From a virus: a stretch of 63,390 nt of DNA. The notes beneath the pieces were generated by a model. The model saw only the letters and a list, made by a program, of their open reading frames with translations, was not told where the DNA came from and made no database searches. This document shows positions 26,861 through 34,606 of this stretch, in pieces (within the stretch, counting starts at the first letter, position 1; each line of letters starts with the position of its first letter). Location of the stretch: positions 1 through 63,390 of IMG/VR virus record IMGVR_UViG_3300019458_000008. The stretch is one strand, 5' to 3'. Position numbers and translations under genes: made by a program.

Positions 26861-27142
26861 TTATCCTCGACGGCGCTGTTGCTGCCGGCGCTTGTTTTTC
26901 CGCTCGTCCAGCGCCTTCTGGTAGGCATCCGTCCCACCAATCTCAGTCCGAATCTTCCGTAGCCCGGCCTTGACCTGGCTACCTGCCTTACGTAGATCCC
27001 CTGGCGCCTTCTTGGCACCCTGTACAGTTCGCTTTACACCCGGGGCCTTTGATGCAGCCTTACCAACTGCCATTCCAACTCCTCGGGCTGAGCTGCCCTT
27101 GACGGCCTTGACGCCCCTCTTTACAAGTTTCCTGATTGGCAT
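26861..27142 (-). CDS. highly basic small protein
   Basis: 93 aa, Lys/Arg/Gly/Ala-rich, ending KNKRRQQQRRRG. Confidence 0.55.
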   Translation of the reverse strand: MPIRKLVKRGVKAVKGSSARGVGMAVGKAASKAPGVKRTVQGAKKAPGDLRKAGSQVKAGLRKIRTEIGGTDAYQKALDERKNKRRQQQRRRG

Positions 27143-27187
27143 CTAATTGTCTCCTATCTCGACAGGGTTAGTACCCTATTGCTACTA

Positions 27188-27265
27188 TGGTGGCGGGAGG
27201 GGGAATCGAACCCACCCCTTGTCTTGCTTATGAGGCAAGTGAGTACACCAGTTCTCTATCCCGCT
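27188..27265 (-). tRNA. tRNA with CAU anticodon (elongator Met or Ile2), CCA encoded
   Basis: Anticodon arm CTTGC-CTCATAA-GCAAG, T loop TTCGATT, A1-C72 mismatch. Confidence 0.7.
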
Positions 27266-27282
27266 TCACTATATTATTGATC

Positions 27283-27353
27283 TGGTCGGGCAGGGCTTTC
27301 ACCTGCACATTGCGTCCCTTGTCGGGCCGTCTCAGATATTGGACTACCGACCA
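27283..27353 (-). ncRNA. tRNA-sized non-canonical element (perfect 7-bp terminal helix, no assignable anticodon, no CCA)
   Basis: TGGTCGG...CCGACCA ends pair. Internal arm GCAGG-TGAAAGC-CCTGC. The central loop CGACAAG lacks U33. Confidence 0.3.
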
Positions 27354-27364
27354 GATGGTCTGGA

Positions 27365-27438
27365 TGGTCGGGGAGCTAGGAATTGAACCCAGTCCACGTG
27401 CTCCCAGGGCACGTGTGCAACCGTCACACCCCACCCCG
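27365..27438 (-). tRNA. tRNA-Pro (UGG) with C33, CCA encoded
   Basis: Anticodon arm CGTGC-CCTGGGA-GCACG, D arm GTGT-GACGGTT-GCAC, T arm CTGGG-TTCAATT-CCTAG. Confidence 0.7.
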
Positions 27439-27440
27439 AC

Positions 27441-27512
27441 TGGCACACCGTCAAGGAATCGGACCCTGCAAGGCCGAGTTTTGGAGACCCGCCTGTGCCC
27501 AGCACCCGGTGC
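27441..27512 (-). tRNA. tRNA-Trp (CCA anticodon), CCA end encoded
   Basis: Anticodon arm CGGGT-CTCCAAA-ACTCG, T arm CAGGG-TCCGATT-CCTTG. Confidence 0.7.
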
Positions 27513-27523
27513 GAATACACTTA

Positions 27524-27543
27524 ATTATACCACCTCTGTCAAG
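27524..27543 (-). promoter_or_regulatory. promoter-like motif CTTGACAGAGGTGGTATAAT driving the tRNA island
   Basis: The -10 hexamer ends 11 nt upstream of the tRNA-Trp 5' end. Same 20-nt architecture as 23058-23077 and 42811-42830. Confidence 0.65.
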
Positions 27544-27560
27544 GATGACTAGAGGTTAAT

Positions 27561-27803
27561 TCAAGCCCTCATTGATGGCTGTTGCTTCGCCATCTCGGTA
27601 CAGATGGGACAGGGATCACCGTCGCTATTCGGCCCCTCACAAACCAACCGCCCTTGTTGCCGATACCATGCAGCCGTCGCTCCGTCCGGGCCATGTCCTG
27701 CATTCAGGCAGGCGTCCCAGAGCCGGTCACGTTCGACTTCGATTGCATCACGCGTCTCTTTAAGCTGTGCTAGTGCTTCCATGTTCCGGCGATGATTGAT
27801 CAT
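27561..27803 (-). CDS. hypothetical protein
   Basis: ORF track gives 27561-27869. The in-frame ATG at 27803 (MINHRRNMEAL..) has AGGAGAG upstream. Confidence 0.55.
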   Translation of the reverse strand: MINHRRNMEALAQLKETRDAIEVERDRLWDACLNAGHGPDGATAAWYRQQGRLVCEGPNSDGDPCPICTEMAKQQPSMRA

Positions 27804-27847
27804 TGCAGCGCTCTCCTGCTGAGCTTCTATGCCGGTTGCCGGCACAG

Positions 27848-30800
27848 TTAGCCATGCGTGGCATACCAATTATATCCCCTCCCCATGGTCACTACAATAG
27901 GTACGCTATGTGGGTCCTCCATATCCCCTCCTCCGAATGGCTGGCCGAGTTCCATTGCTGCCGCCATAGATTCAGCATACCTCAAAACTTCGGGGTTGTC
28001 AAGGCCCCCCTCTCCGCCCTGCACGGACGTAAGTATTTCATCGTGGACTGTCAACAGTATCGTACCGCCCAGGATATCCTTGACCTTCAGTAGGGCGAAC
28101 CGCATCAGATCAGCCGTGGCCGTGCCCTGGACAATGTGACTGATGGTCTCGCGCTCAGCTGCCTCACGCTCCTGCTTATCACTGCTCATCAGGTTCGGTA
28201 TCCGTCTCGGGCGATGGAACAGGGTGTATGCGATATTACCGTTCTCTCTTGCCATGTGTACCGCATACGGTACCCACTCTTTGAAATATCTACCATAGAT
28301 ATCATGGATATTACCGATACCATGCCTGATCTCATTGAGGGTGGGAATCCCCAGGACTGCAAGGGCCGGATCCTCCAGCATTTGTTTCTCAATTACTGCA
28401 TGGATCTCGTCACCCTTACTACCGTACATAGCGCCAAAGAAAAAATTTTTCGCCCGTGTCTTATACGCATTGTATCTCACGGGGTCGTCATGCTTCTGGT
28501 CAGGCGTAACTTTGAACAGTCGTTCGACATTCAGTTCGTGAATATTAACCTTCGGGTCTCTGACCACTTGTAGCATAACCGGGTCCTGTGATACATAGGC
28601 GCCGACACGGACTTCGATCTGTCCATAGTCACCAGCGACTAGCACCTGTCCAGATTCTGCGATGAATACATTTCTCCATGGGACACGTACTTGTTGTAGG
28701 TTCGGGTCTTCCATAGAAAACCGATGACTCCGCACCCTCGTATTAGTAATCGTCGGATGAATCCGTCCGTCCTCCTCGGACTTGGCCAGCCACTCACGTA
28801 GGAACTGCGAGTGCTTCTCCAGCCGCTTCCATTCCAATACCAATGGTATCGCTGAATGCATCTCTCGCATCCTCAAGAGAGCCAATGCATCCACGGACGG
28901 CTGGTTAGTCTGCTGTGACAATCGCTGGACGGGGAATTGTAGATGTTCGTGTAACCACTCGACTAGCTGCTTCGGACTGTTCAACGATATCATCGTCCGC
29001 TCTGAAAACTTACCCTGCCCCCCACAGTCGGTACATCCTTCGCGTTTCCGCTTCCCATTCCTGCAAGTCTTGCACACCCAAACTCTGTCCGGCCTGTTGT
29101 ATCCACTCTCTCGCGCTAGGAAGTCCACGACTGATGCGAGATTGTTCTGCTTCTCTGTAACCTCTGCGAGCAGATCGACGGCCGTTTCGCGGTCGAAAAA
29201 AACTCCCGCCTCCTGCATATCAAGGAGAATAGTGACCATCGGAATATCCACGTTTGTATACAAGTCTGCCATCCGCTGATCAAACTTGGCTGTCAGTAGT
29301 TTCTCTAGTTCAACTGCCCAGTATGCATCTCCGCAATTATGTACTCCATAGCCTTCAACAATATATGTGCCACAGGACGTTTCGATTGAAACTACCCGGC
29401 GGCGACCGATGACGCGTAGTGACACAATTTCTACAGCCGCACTTCCCATGCGTTTGGCTGATGGAGACCAATTAGCTAGAAGACGAGTTGGACGGACTGA
29501 GCCAAGAAGACGCACAGTCTCCCGCCATCCGCCCCTAAGCTGCCATTTTACTAAGCCTTCTTGATTCCATATACTAGCATCGTATCCAGCACTCTCTGAA
29601 TAGGCTATAGCCCGTTCAGCTACCGCTCCAGGCTTCTGGCCCCATCCGATGCCGTTGTGTTGGTCACCCGCCTTTCTTAGGTAACCTTCTCCGTCGAGGT
29701 AGCCCGCAAACCAGCCCGCCTCACGACCATCGTCGAAGTCCCACGGATCAACAAACTTAGATAACCAGCGAGCACCCTGCCGCAGGGAACGCCAGGCATA
29801 TGGCTGGTTCCTTCCTGCCCCCGTTTTAGTAAGAAATGGATGATCTGAAGTTACGGTAAGACAGGTTCCGTCTGCAAGTTCGATACGAACGACTGGTCGT
29901 ATCTCATCATGTCGTGCGGTAACCACTGCATCGCACATCTTCTTTTGGGAATCCGTGAAACCAATCAGTATATCACCAATTTGAATATCGTCAAGCGGCG
30001 TCCAGCGTAGGTCACGGGTAAGAACCCTCATGTCTGGTGTAAAGCAACAATACTCGGCAACTAGCTCTGGGTCAATCGTAGATATCAACCTCCGATCACG
30101 GCCGCTACCAACGACCTCTTCGTAGGTAATATGTCGGTGTTCGAAATATTCTAATACTAACGGCTTGAGTCCCCTAACAGGGAGTCCCAGAAGATAGGCA
30201 GCCACGAGGCTATCTCCTGCCAGAGGGCCGACAGCGATCTTATGGCTTCGAAGTATAGCATAGTCGAACTTTGCAGAATGGCCAATCCAGGACAGTGCAG
30301 GAAGGCAGCGGTTGAGCGCAGCAACCCATTCTGCATCTCGATAATGGCCATAGAAACATCGGCGTCCGATGGCCACACCGATGCCGACGAGGCGATCTCG
30401 TTTTTCGTTTGCATCATCTCCAACGGGGTCAGTCTCCACATCGATTCCTGCGGGGCTTCCATCATGTTCACGGATTGCACGTTCGAACGCATCAATATCC
30501 TCCTTCGATTGTATCAATCTCCATTCGTATGGCTGTTCCCGCACACCATCCACTCTGGCCTCGGGTCGGCCAACGGGTAGGAGCGGCGCGACGAATTCGG
30601 AAACATCATAGTTGATAATCTCGTCGGCCTTATAGGCCGCATGTTGATAGGCGTTCCAGTATCGATGGCGATCAGTCTTAGGCGGAGTCTTAACTAGGTT
30701 ACGGGCCGTCGCTCGGTCAAGCCCATATTGTACTAACGCCCATTCAAGCCGGCTATCGAAGCGGCGAGGCAGAGGATCGTTAGCACCCGTTGCCTCGATA

Positions 30801-31009
30801 GTTACAAGTGCTACCGTTGGAGGCAGCAGTCGCCAGTAGTCTAGTGCTCGCTGACCACAGACTACCGTATCACCGGCCTGTGCGGCCTTCAATAGGGTAT
30901 AGCGGTCAGCGGGCTGGACTCCCTGACCCTGTAGACCAAGCATCTGTGCCCGTAGTACGGCCGCGTCTATTGTCGGCCCGATTGATTCGAGGTCAATATA
31001 GGCAGTCAA
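27848..31009 (-). CDS. polA: family A DNA polymerase with 3'-5' exonuclease domain, interrupted by an intein
   Basis: Exo I ..GIDVETD... Motif A ..VAGDYGQIEVRV... Motif B ..RAKNFFFGAMYG... Motif C ..LTVHDEIL.. Confidence 0.9.
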   Translation of the reverse strand: MTAYIDLESIGPTIDAAVLRAQMLGLQGQGVQPADRYTLLKAAQAGDTVVCGQRALDYWRLLPPTVALVTIEATGANDPLPRRFDSRLEWALVQYGLDRATARNLVKTPPKTDRHRYWNAYQHAAYKADEIINYDVSEFVAPLLPVGRPEARVDGVREQPYEWRLIQSKEDIDAFERAIREHDGSPAGIDVETDPVGDDANEKRDRLVGIGVAIGRRCFYGHYRDAEWVAALNRCLPALSWIGHSAKFDYAILRSHKIAVGPLAGDSLVAAYLLGLPVRGLKPLVLEYFEHRHITYEEVVGSGRDRRLISTIDPELVAEYCCFTPDMRVLTRDLRWTPLDDIQIGDILIGFTDSQKKMCDAVVTARHDEIRPVVRIELADGTCLTVTSDHPFLTKTGAGRNQPYAWRSLRQGARWLSKFVDPWDFDDGREAGWFAGYLDGEGYLRKAGDQHNGIGWGQKPGAVAERAIAYSESAGYDASIWNQEGLVKWQLRGGWRETVRLLGSVRPTRLLANWSPSAKRMGSAAVEIVSLRVIGRRRVVSIETSCGTYIVEGYGVHNCGDAYWAVELEKLLTAKFDQRMADLYTNVDIPMVTILLDMQEAGVFFDRETAVDLLAEVTEKQNNLASVVDFLARESGYNRPDRVWVCKTCRNGKRKREGCTDCGGQGKFSERTMISLNSPKQLVEWLHEHLQFPVQRLSQQTNQPSVDALALLRMREMHSAIPLVLEWKRLEKHSQFLREWLAKSEEDGRIHPTITNTRVRSHRFSMEDPNLQQVRVPWRNVFIAESGQVLVAGDYGQIEVRVGAYVSQDPVMLQVVRDPKVNIHELNVERLFKVTPDQKHDDPVRYNAYKTRAKNFFFGAMYGSKGDEIHAVIEKQMLEDPALAVLGIPTLNEIRHGIGNIHDIYGRYFKEWVPYAVHMARENGNIAYTLFHRPRRIPNLMSSDKQEREAAERETISHIVQGTATADLMRFALLKVKDILGGTILLTVHDEILTSVQGGEGGLDNPEVLRYAESMAAAMELGQPFGGGDMEDPHSVPIVVTMGRGYNWYATHG
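29336..30046 (-). mobile_element. class 1 intein (237 aa) in the polymerase exonuclease domain
   Basis: Begins CFTPDMRVLT (TGC at 30044-30046). Has block B ..LTVTSDHPFLT.., a single LAGLIDADG-like ..FAGYLDGEGY.., and ends ..YIVEGYGVHN, followed by a +1 Cys (29333-29335). Confidence 0.8.
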
Positions 31010-31362
31010 AGCAGCCCTCCCCGTTCCTCGCGGCGCATGTCGGCCTTAGACTCGGCCATGTAGTCGCGCTGGCCCTCATCGCGGTAGTCGGCGCACTGTC
31101 CGCAGTCGGGGTCGCAGCCGGCAATCTCGGCCTCGGCGCGGCCTTCCTGGCGCAGCTCTTCCGCTGTCTGCGTGTACTCGGCGAGGGCGCGCCGGGCAGT
31201 GGTGATGGCAGTGGTGATACGGTTTAGCTGCTCGATATCCATAACGTCATATACGTCAACGATTCTCGCAATCGCCGCTATCGCCGCGTCCACCTCCGCG
31301 ATGGTGCGAGTCGGCGCCCAGTCTTCGCGCTCCTCAGCACTCACCCACTGGTCACTCATCAC
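31006..31362 (-). CDS. hypothetical protein, MSDQ-cassette member 4
   Basis: 118 aa starting MMSDQWVSAE. The start lies inside the 77-bp repeat. Confidence 0.6.
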   Translation of the reverse strand: MMSDQWVSAEEREDWAPTRTIAEVDAAIAAIARIVDVYDVMDIEQLNRITTAITTARRALAEYTQTAEELRQEGRAEAEIAGCDPDCGQCADYRDEGQRDYMAESKADMRREERGGLL

Positions 31363-31410
31363 TCGGCCTCCCTTGGGAGCGGGCGTCGGCCTCAGCAGCA
31401 GCGAGGGCCT
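31334..31410. repeat. 77-bp perfect direct repeat, copy 1 (gene-junction cassette)
   Basis: Identical to 31674-31750. It spans the stop of one gene, the SD sequence and the start of the next. Confidence 0.95.
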
Positions 31411-31702
31411 CCTGGACGGTTTTGTCGAGCCGAGCTATCCAACCCACATGAGGATCATCGCCAAGGAACTGCGTCCGCATTTCTAAGAGCACCTCAGCCA
31501 GAAATTTGATGGTGCTTTCGGCCTCGGCGCACCGCTGCTCGGCGGCAGCCACATAATCGCTTATCAGCTTCATACTGCGGATCTCGTCAATCGCTCCGTT
31601 CACATAGCCGTCCCAGTCCTTGCGGGCGGTTTCACGAATTGCCCGTACTAGACGGTAAAGAGGTGTGTCGTGTTCAGCACTCACCCACTGGTCACTCATC
31701 AC
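31352..31702 (-). CDS. hypothetical protein, MSDQ-cassette member 3
   Basis: 116 aa, starts MMSDQWVSAE and ends ..AAAEADARSQGRPSDE. Confidence 0.6.
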   Translation of the reverse strand: MMSDQWVSAEHDTPLYRLVRAIRETARKDWDGYVNGAIDEIRSMKLISDYVAAAEQRCAEAESTIKFLAEVLLEMRTQFLGDDPHVGWIARLDKTVQEALAAAEADARSQGRPSDE

Positions 31703-31750
31703 TCGGCCTCCCTTGGGAGCGGGCGTCGGCCTCAGCAGCAGCGAGGGCCT
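31674..31750. repeat. 77-bp perfect direct repeat, copy 2
   Basis: Identical to 31334-31410. Confidence 0.95.
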
Positions 31751-31991
31751 GGCGCAGTCTGTTCCAACGCGCTAGTACCGACCGAGCAGCCTTTTTCCCG
31801 ATCAGGTTGTACAGATACGCCTCGGTGAAGAATGGCGCATGTTCGTCACCTGGCTCATAGTGGCCTGATTCACAGAACGGTACAGCTATTTCAGCGTCAT
31901 CTCCCAGTACGAGAGTATCTAAGGACACAACCAGCTCCCATACTATCCCCACCCGCTGCTCAGCCTCGGCGTTCACCTGCTGGTCACTCAT
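31692..31991 (-). CDS. hypothetical protein, MSDQ-cassette member 2
   Basis: 99 aa, starts MSDQQVNAE, with the same C-terminal 16 aa as member 3. Confidence 0.6.
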   Translation of the reverse strand: MSDQQVNAEAEQRVGIVWELVVSLDTLVLGDDAEIAVPFCESGHYEPGDEHAPFFTEAYLYNLIGKKAARSVLARWNRLRQALAAAEADARSQGRPSDE

Positions 31992-32016
31992 GCCCGGCCT
32001 CCTCCTTACTTCGTTC

Positions 32017-32334
32017 TTAACAGCTCGCCGCCCCTTCTAGTGTCGCATCCCAATATGTCGGATCGTCAATACGATCATCAAGCATTACCGTTGTTTGACT
32101 CCGCCGTCCTGGAAAGTATACAAGTTCCAAGATCGGGAATATTATCTTATCTCCCGGCTTCGGGCGGCCTAGATTGATATGGACAGCCCGGTTAGTTAGC
32201 CAACGTCGTAACTCAGCATTCGAAGGGCGGCCTACACGCGCTCCCTCTTGTGTGTGTGGAGTCATACTCCACTTAGCCCAATACTTTAGCAAGTCAATCG
32301 CATTCATAAGCTTAGTTGGCTGATGGTCACTCAT
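32017..32334 (-). CDS. hypothetical protein, MSDQ-cassette member 1
   Basis: 105 aa, starts MSDHQPTK. A 25-bp junction repeat (32324-32348) is shared with 31981-32005. Confidence 0.6.
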   Translation of the reverse strand: MSDHQPTKLMNAIDLLKYWAKWSMTPHTQEGARVGRPSNAELRRWLTNRAVHINLGRPKPGDKIIFPILELVYFPGRRSQTTVMLDDRIDDPTYWDATLEGAASC

Positions 32335-32701
32335 GCCCGGCCTCCTCCCAGCGCTCTACAGCGGACTCTCCCAACGCCGCAACTAAGAGTTCACGATCAA
32401 CATCAAGCATGTTAATACCTCCAGGCCAACTACCATCTTTGGCAACGTAAGATTCGTAGTAGATTGCTGGCATCATGCCTCGCCAGGCTTTGGCACATCG
32501 TAACAACCAGTAACGTCTAATAGGAGGAGGAGCACGATTCGTGACTGTAAGGGCGTATGCCTCATCATCATGAATGACACTAATACCCCTTGAATCAAAA
32601 TCAGTAAACCATTCATCTCCCTCCCCTTGTTCATCTAATCCTATGAATCGAGCAAGAACCGTTATTTGTCTGCGTTCTTTCCGGGTAATTTTTTGGCTCA
32701 T
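32327..32701 (-). CDS. hypothetical protein
   Basis: 124-aa ORF. Confidence 0.6.
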   Translation of the reverse strand: MSQKITRKERRQITVLARFIGLDEQGEGDEWFTDFDSRGISVIHDDEAYALTVTNRAPPPIRRYWLLRCAKAWRGMMPAIYYESYVAKDGSWPGGINMLDVDRELLVAALGESAVERWEEAGHE

Positions 32702-33258
32702 CGGGCTCTTCCTACATATCGATAAACGATAGCTCGTACCAAACTATCCCTAATACTTGCTGTTATCGCTGGCCCTGTCCTCAAAGCGTATGAAGGATGG
32801 GGTGCCCCTATTACTATTATTCCAGAGGGTAAGACGCGGGCCAAATCAGCTTGTTCCATAGCCCGTTTTCCAGGAAAGTATAGAGCCCCCGCTGTCGCTC
32901 CTAGCGTAACAATGCATCGCAGATTCTGCAAGCTATCCAGGTTCCGTTGCAAGTATAACGTAGGACACAGACTTGTCGCATCGGGGTAGGGCCAAAGGTC
33001 GTTGTTCGGAGGCCTACAGTGTACTACATTATCAAGAAAAAGCTCCTCCCTGATTAAGCCTACAGATTGCAGGATATTATTCAGATGCTGACCGGCTCGC
33101 CCTACGAACGGGTGGCCGTCAATATCCTCGTCCTTACCTGGGGCTTCACCGATCAGAGCTAGCCACGTATCACTGTCCCCCGTCCCAGGGACTACCCGAG
33201 TCCGGTGTTTGGCCAATCGGCAGCGTGTACAGGATAGCTCCTCAGCCGTCGATACCAT
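32698..33258 (-). CDS. udg: family 4 uracil-DNA glycosylase
   Basis: ..CTRCRL.., ..LIGEAPGKDED..G.PFVGRAG..L.. and ..GAPHPSYALR.. Confidence 0.85.
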   Translation of the reverse strand: MVSTAEELSCTRCRLAKHRTRVVPGTGDSDTWLALIGEAPGKDEDIDGHPFVGRAGQHLNNILQSVGLIREELFLDNVVHCRPPNNDLWPYPDATSLCPTLYLQRNLDSLQNLRCIVTLGATAGALYFPGKRAMEQADLARVLPSGIIVIGAPHPSYALRTGPAITASIRDSLVRAIVYRYVGRAR

Positions 33259-33430
33259 CGTTGTCCTCTTCGCTGATAGGCCGTATCACCAAGTCAACGT
33301 CCGCCCTGTATTGCTTGATCGGCTCAGCCCCCGCTCGCATGTCGCACCTATACGACGCACAGTATTTCATGATACCGTACTCCTTAGTGTACAAGCAGCC
33401 GCAAGAGTACTTGACTACTACAGTGATCAT
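33242..33430 (-). CDS. hypothetical small protein
   Basis: 62-aa ORF. Confidence 0.45.
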   Translation of the reverse strand: MITVVVKYSCGCLYTKEYGIMKYCASYRCDMRAGAEPIKQYRADVDLVIRPISEEDNDGIDG

Positions 33431-33445
33431 CTTTATATCACCATT

Positions 33446-33667
33446 TTATTGACAGGATTCCGACGATGATAATGATATAGCAGATCCAGAGTCCAACCCA
33501 ATGCCATGTTCCCCAGTTTCTACGATTCCACCTTCCCACGCAGCGCCTCCTACTCGGCCATCTACACCAGAACACTCTCTACAACCGATGGCAATCTCAC
33601 TTAGTAACAAGGGTGGATTGTCTGGCCCAGCTTCACGGCCGCAAGCATGGCATCGTATATCAGTCAT
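33446..33667 (-). CDS. small zinc-ribbon-like protein
   Basis: 73 aa with CHAC .. CREC. Confidence 0.5.
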   Translation of the reverse strand: MTDIRCHACGREAGPDNPPLLLSEIAIGCRECSGVDGRVGGAAWEGGIVETGEHGIGLDSGSAISLSSSESCQ

Positions 33668-33672
33668 TTGTA

Positions 33673-34101
33673 TCAGGGTTGCTGTTCGTACTTATCCCTG
33701 TCCAACGTATCATGGTGCCAGTCTTTGGGATTCTGCCAGTATCCAGTAACAACTTCCCAATCGCCTTCTAGTACCATCACGAAGTCTGACTTCCGGGTCA
33801 TCCGGAACCGGATAGCAACCCTGTATACTACTTCGCTATCCCTGGTCACGGTAACATCGATGACCGTATACTCCTTCGGCATATACAAGGTCTCTGGTAG
33901 CTTGCGCTCGTCTCTTGATTCCCGGTAGTGCCGACTAACCGTCAGGGGTTGGCCTGCCGGCGGAAGGAACTCGACAGCAGCTTCCAGTATCTCCGCCGGC
34001 ATCCATACTAGATGGTGATACAGTCGAAACCTACCACTGTCCTCGTGAAATTGTTTGGGTCTACTATCCACGATACTTCCCTCGCAGTTTAGGCCTAGCA
34101 C
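33673..34101 (-). CDS. hypothetical protein
   Basis: 142-aa ORF. Confidence 0.6.
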   Translation of the reverse strand: MLGLNCEGSIVDSRPKQFHEDSGRFRLYHHLVWMPAEILEAAVEFLPPAGQPLTVSRHYRESRDERKLPETLYMPKEYTVIDVTVTRDSEVVYRVAIRFRMTRKSDFVMVLEGDWEVVTGYWQNPKDWHHDTLDRDKYEQQP

Positions 34102-34270
34102 CGGCTCGAACGAGTTGCTGGTAGGCTTGCGCGTAACGTGCCTCTCGGTGCCGCCTTTGACTCAGTGAATGTGCAGAGCCGAAGCCTGATAGCATCTTAG
34201 ATTCGGCCGCCAGAAGGGCTTCGAGACGTGCAATCACCCCTGCATTCGTATCATCCTTCTCCGCAGACAT
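34064..34270 (-). CDS. hypothetical small protein
   Basis: 68-aa ORF. Confidence 0.45.
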   Translation of the reverse strand: MSAEKDDTNAGVIARLEALLAAESKMLSGFGSAHSLSQRRHREARYAQAYQQLVRAGARPKLRGKYRG

Positions 34271-34490
34271 TGCATTCCTCTCCGTAACAACGGGCTATCT
34301 TTGTTATGACACAGCCCTTCCGACCACACCGCCAATAATGATACTGTGGTACTGTGGTCGAGAAGCCGGCATACTGCCAGATCGGCGGGCTGTCATGCGT
34401 ATGCCGCTCTGACACCGGAGTTGTATATACTTCCGGTAAGTCCGCCCTACTCGACCCATCGTCTATGATATGGAAGCCTTGGATTTCCAT
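34251..34490 (-). CDS. hypothetical small Cys-containing protein
   Basis: 79-aa ORF. Confidence 0.5.
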   Translation of the reverse strand: MEIQGFHIIDDGSSRADLPEVYTTPVSERHTHDSPPIWQYAGFSTTVPQYHYWRCGRKGCVITKIARCYGEECNVCGEG

Positions 34491-34606
34491 ATTATCGACT
34501 ACCCTTCTGGTCCAGGATTATCATCGACGTATATCATCGACGGGGCATCCCTGCCCCCCGACTTACCTCCCTGCATATCGCCAACCGGAGGACCGGACCG
34601 GGTTAT

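Noticed and set aside
23058-27543. Resemblance of CACC-NN-TGTCAAG to mycobacteriophage L5-type stoperators (GGTGG-N-TGTCAAG)
   Set aside because: Only the TGTCAAG half matches and the other half is the complement rather than the same sequence. There are just 3-4 copies, all at promoters, and no repressor or integrase is recognisable.
25104-27552. Plus-strand ORFs 25104-25385, 25419-25898, 26281-26973, 27187-27552 and minus ORFs 26122-26433, 27228-27446 listed in the track
   Set aside because: They run antisense to, or straight through, tRNA genes and hairpins, are Arg/Pro/Ser/Gly-rich and lack SD sequences. I treat them as artefacts of GC-rich structured DNA.
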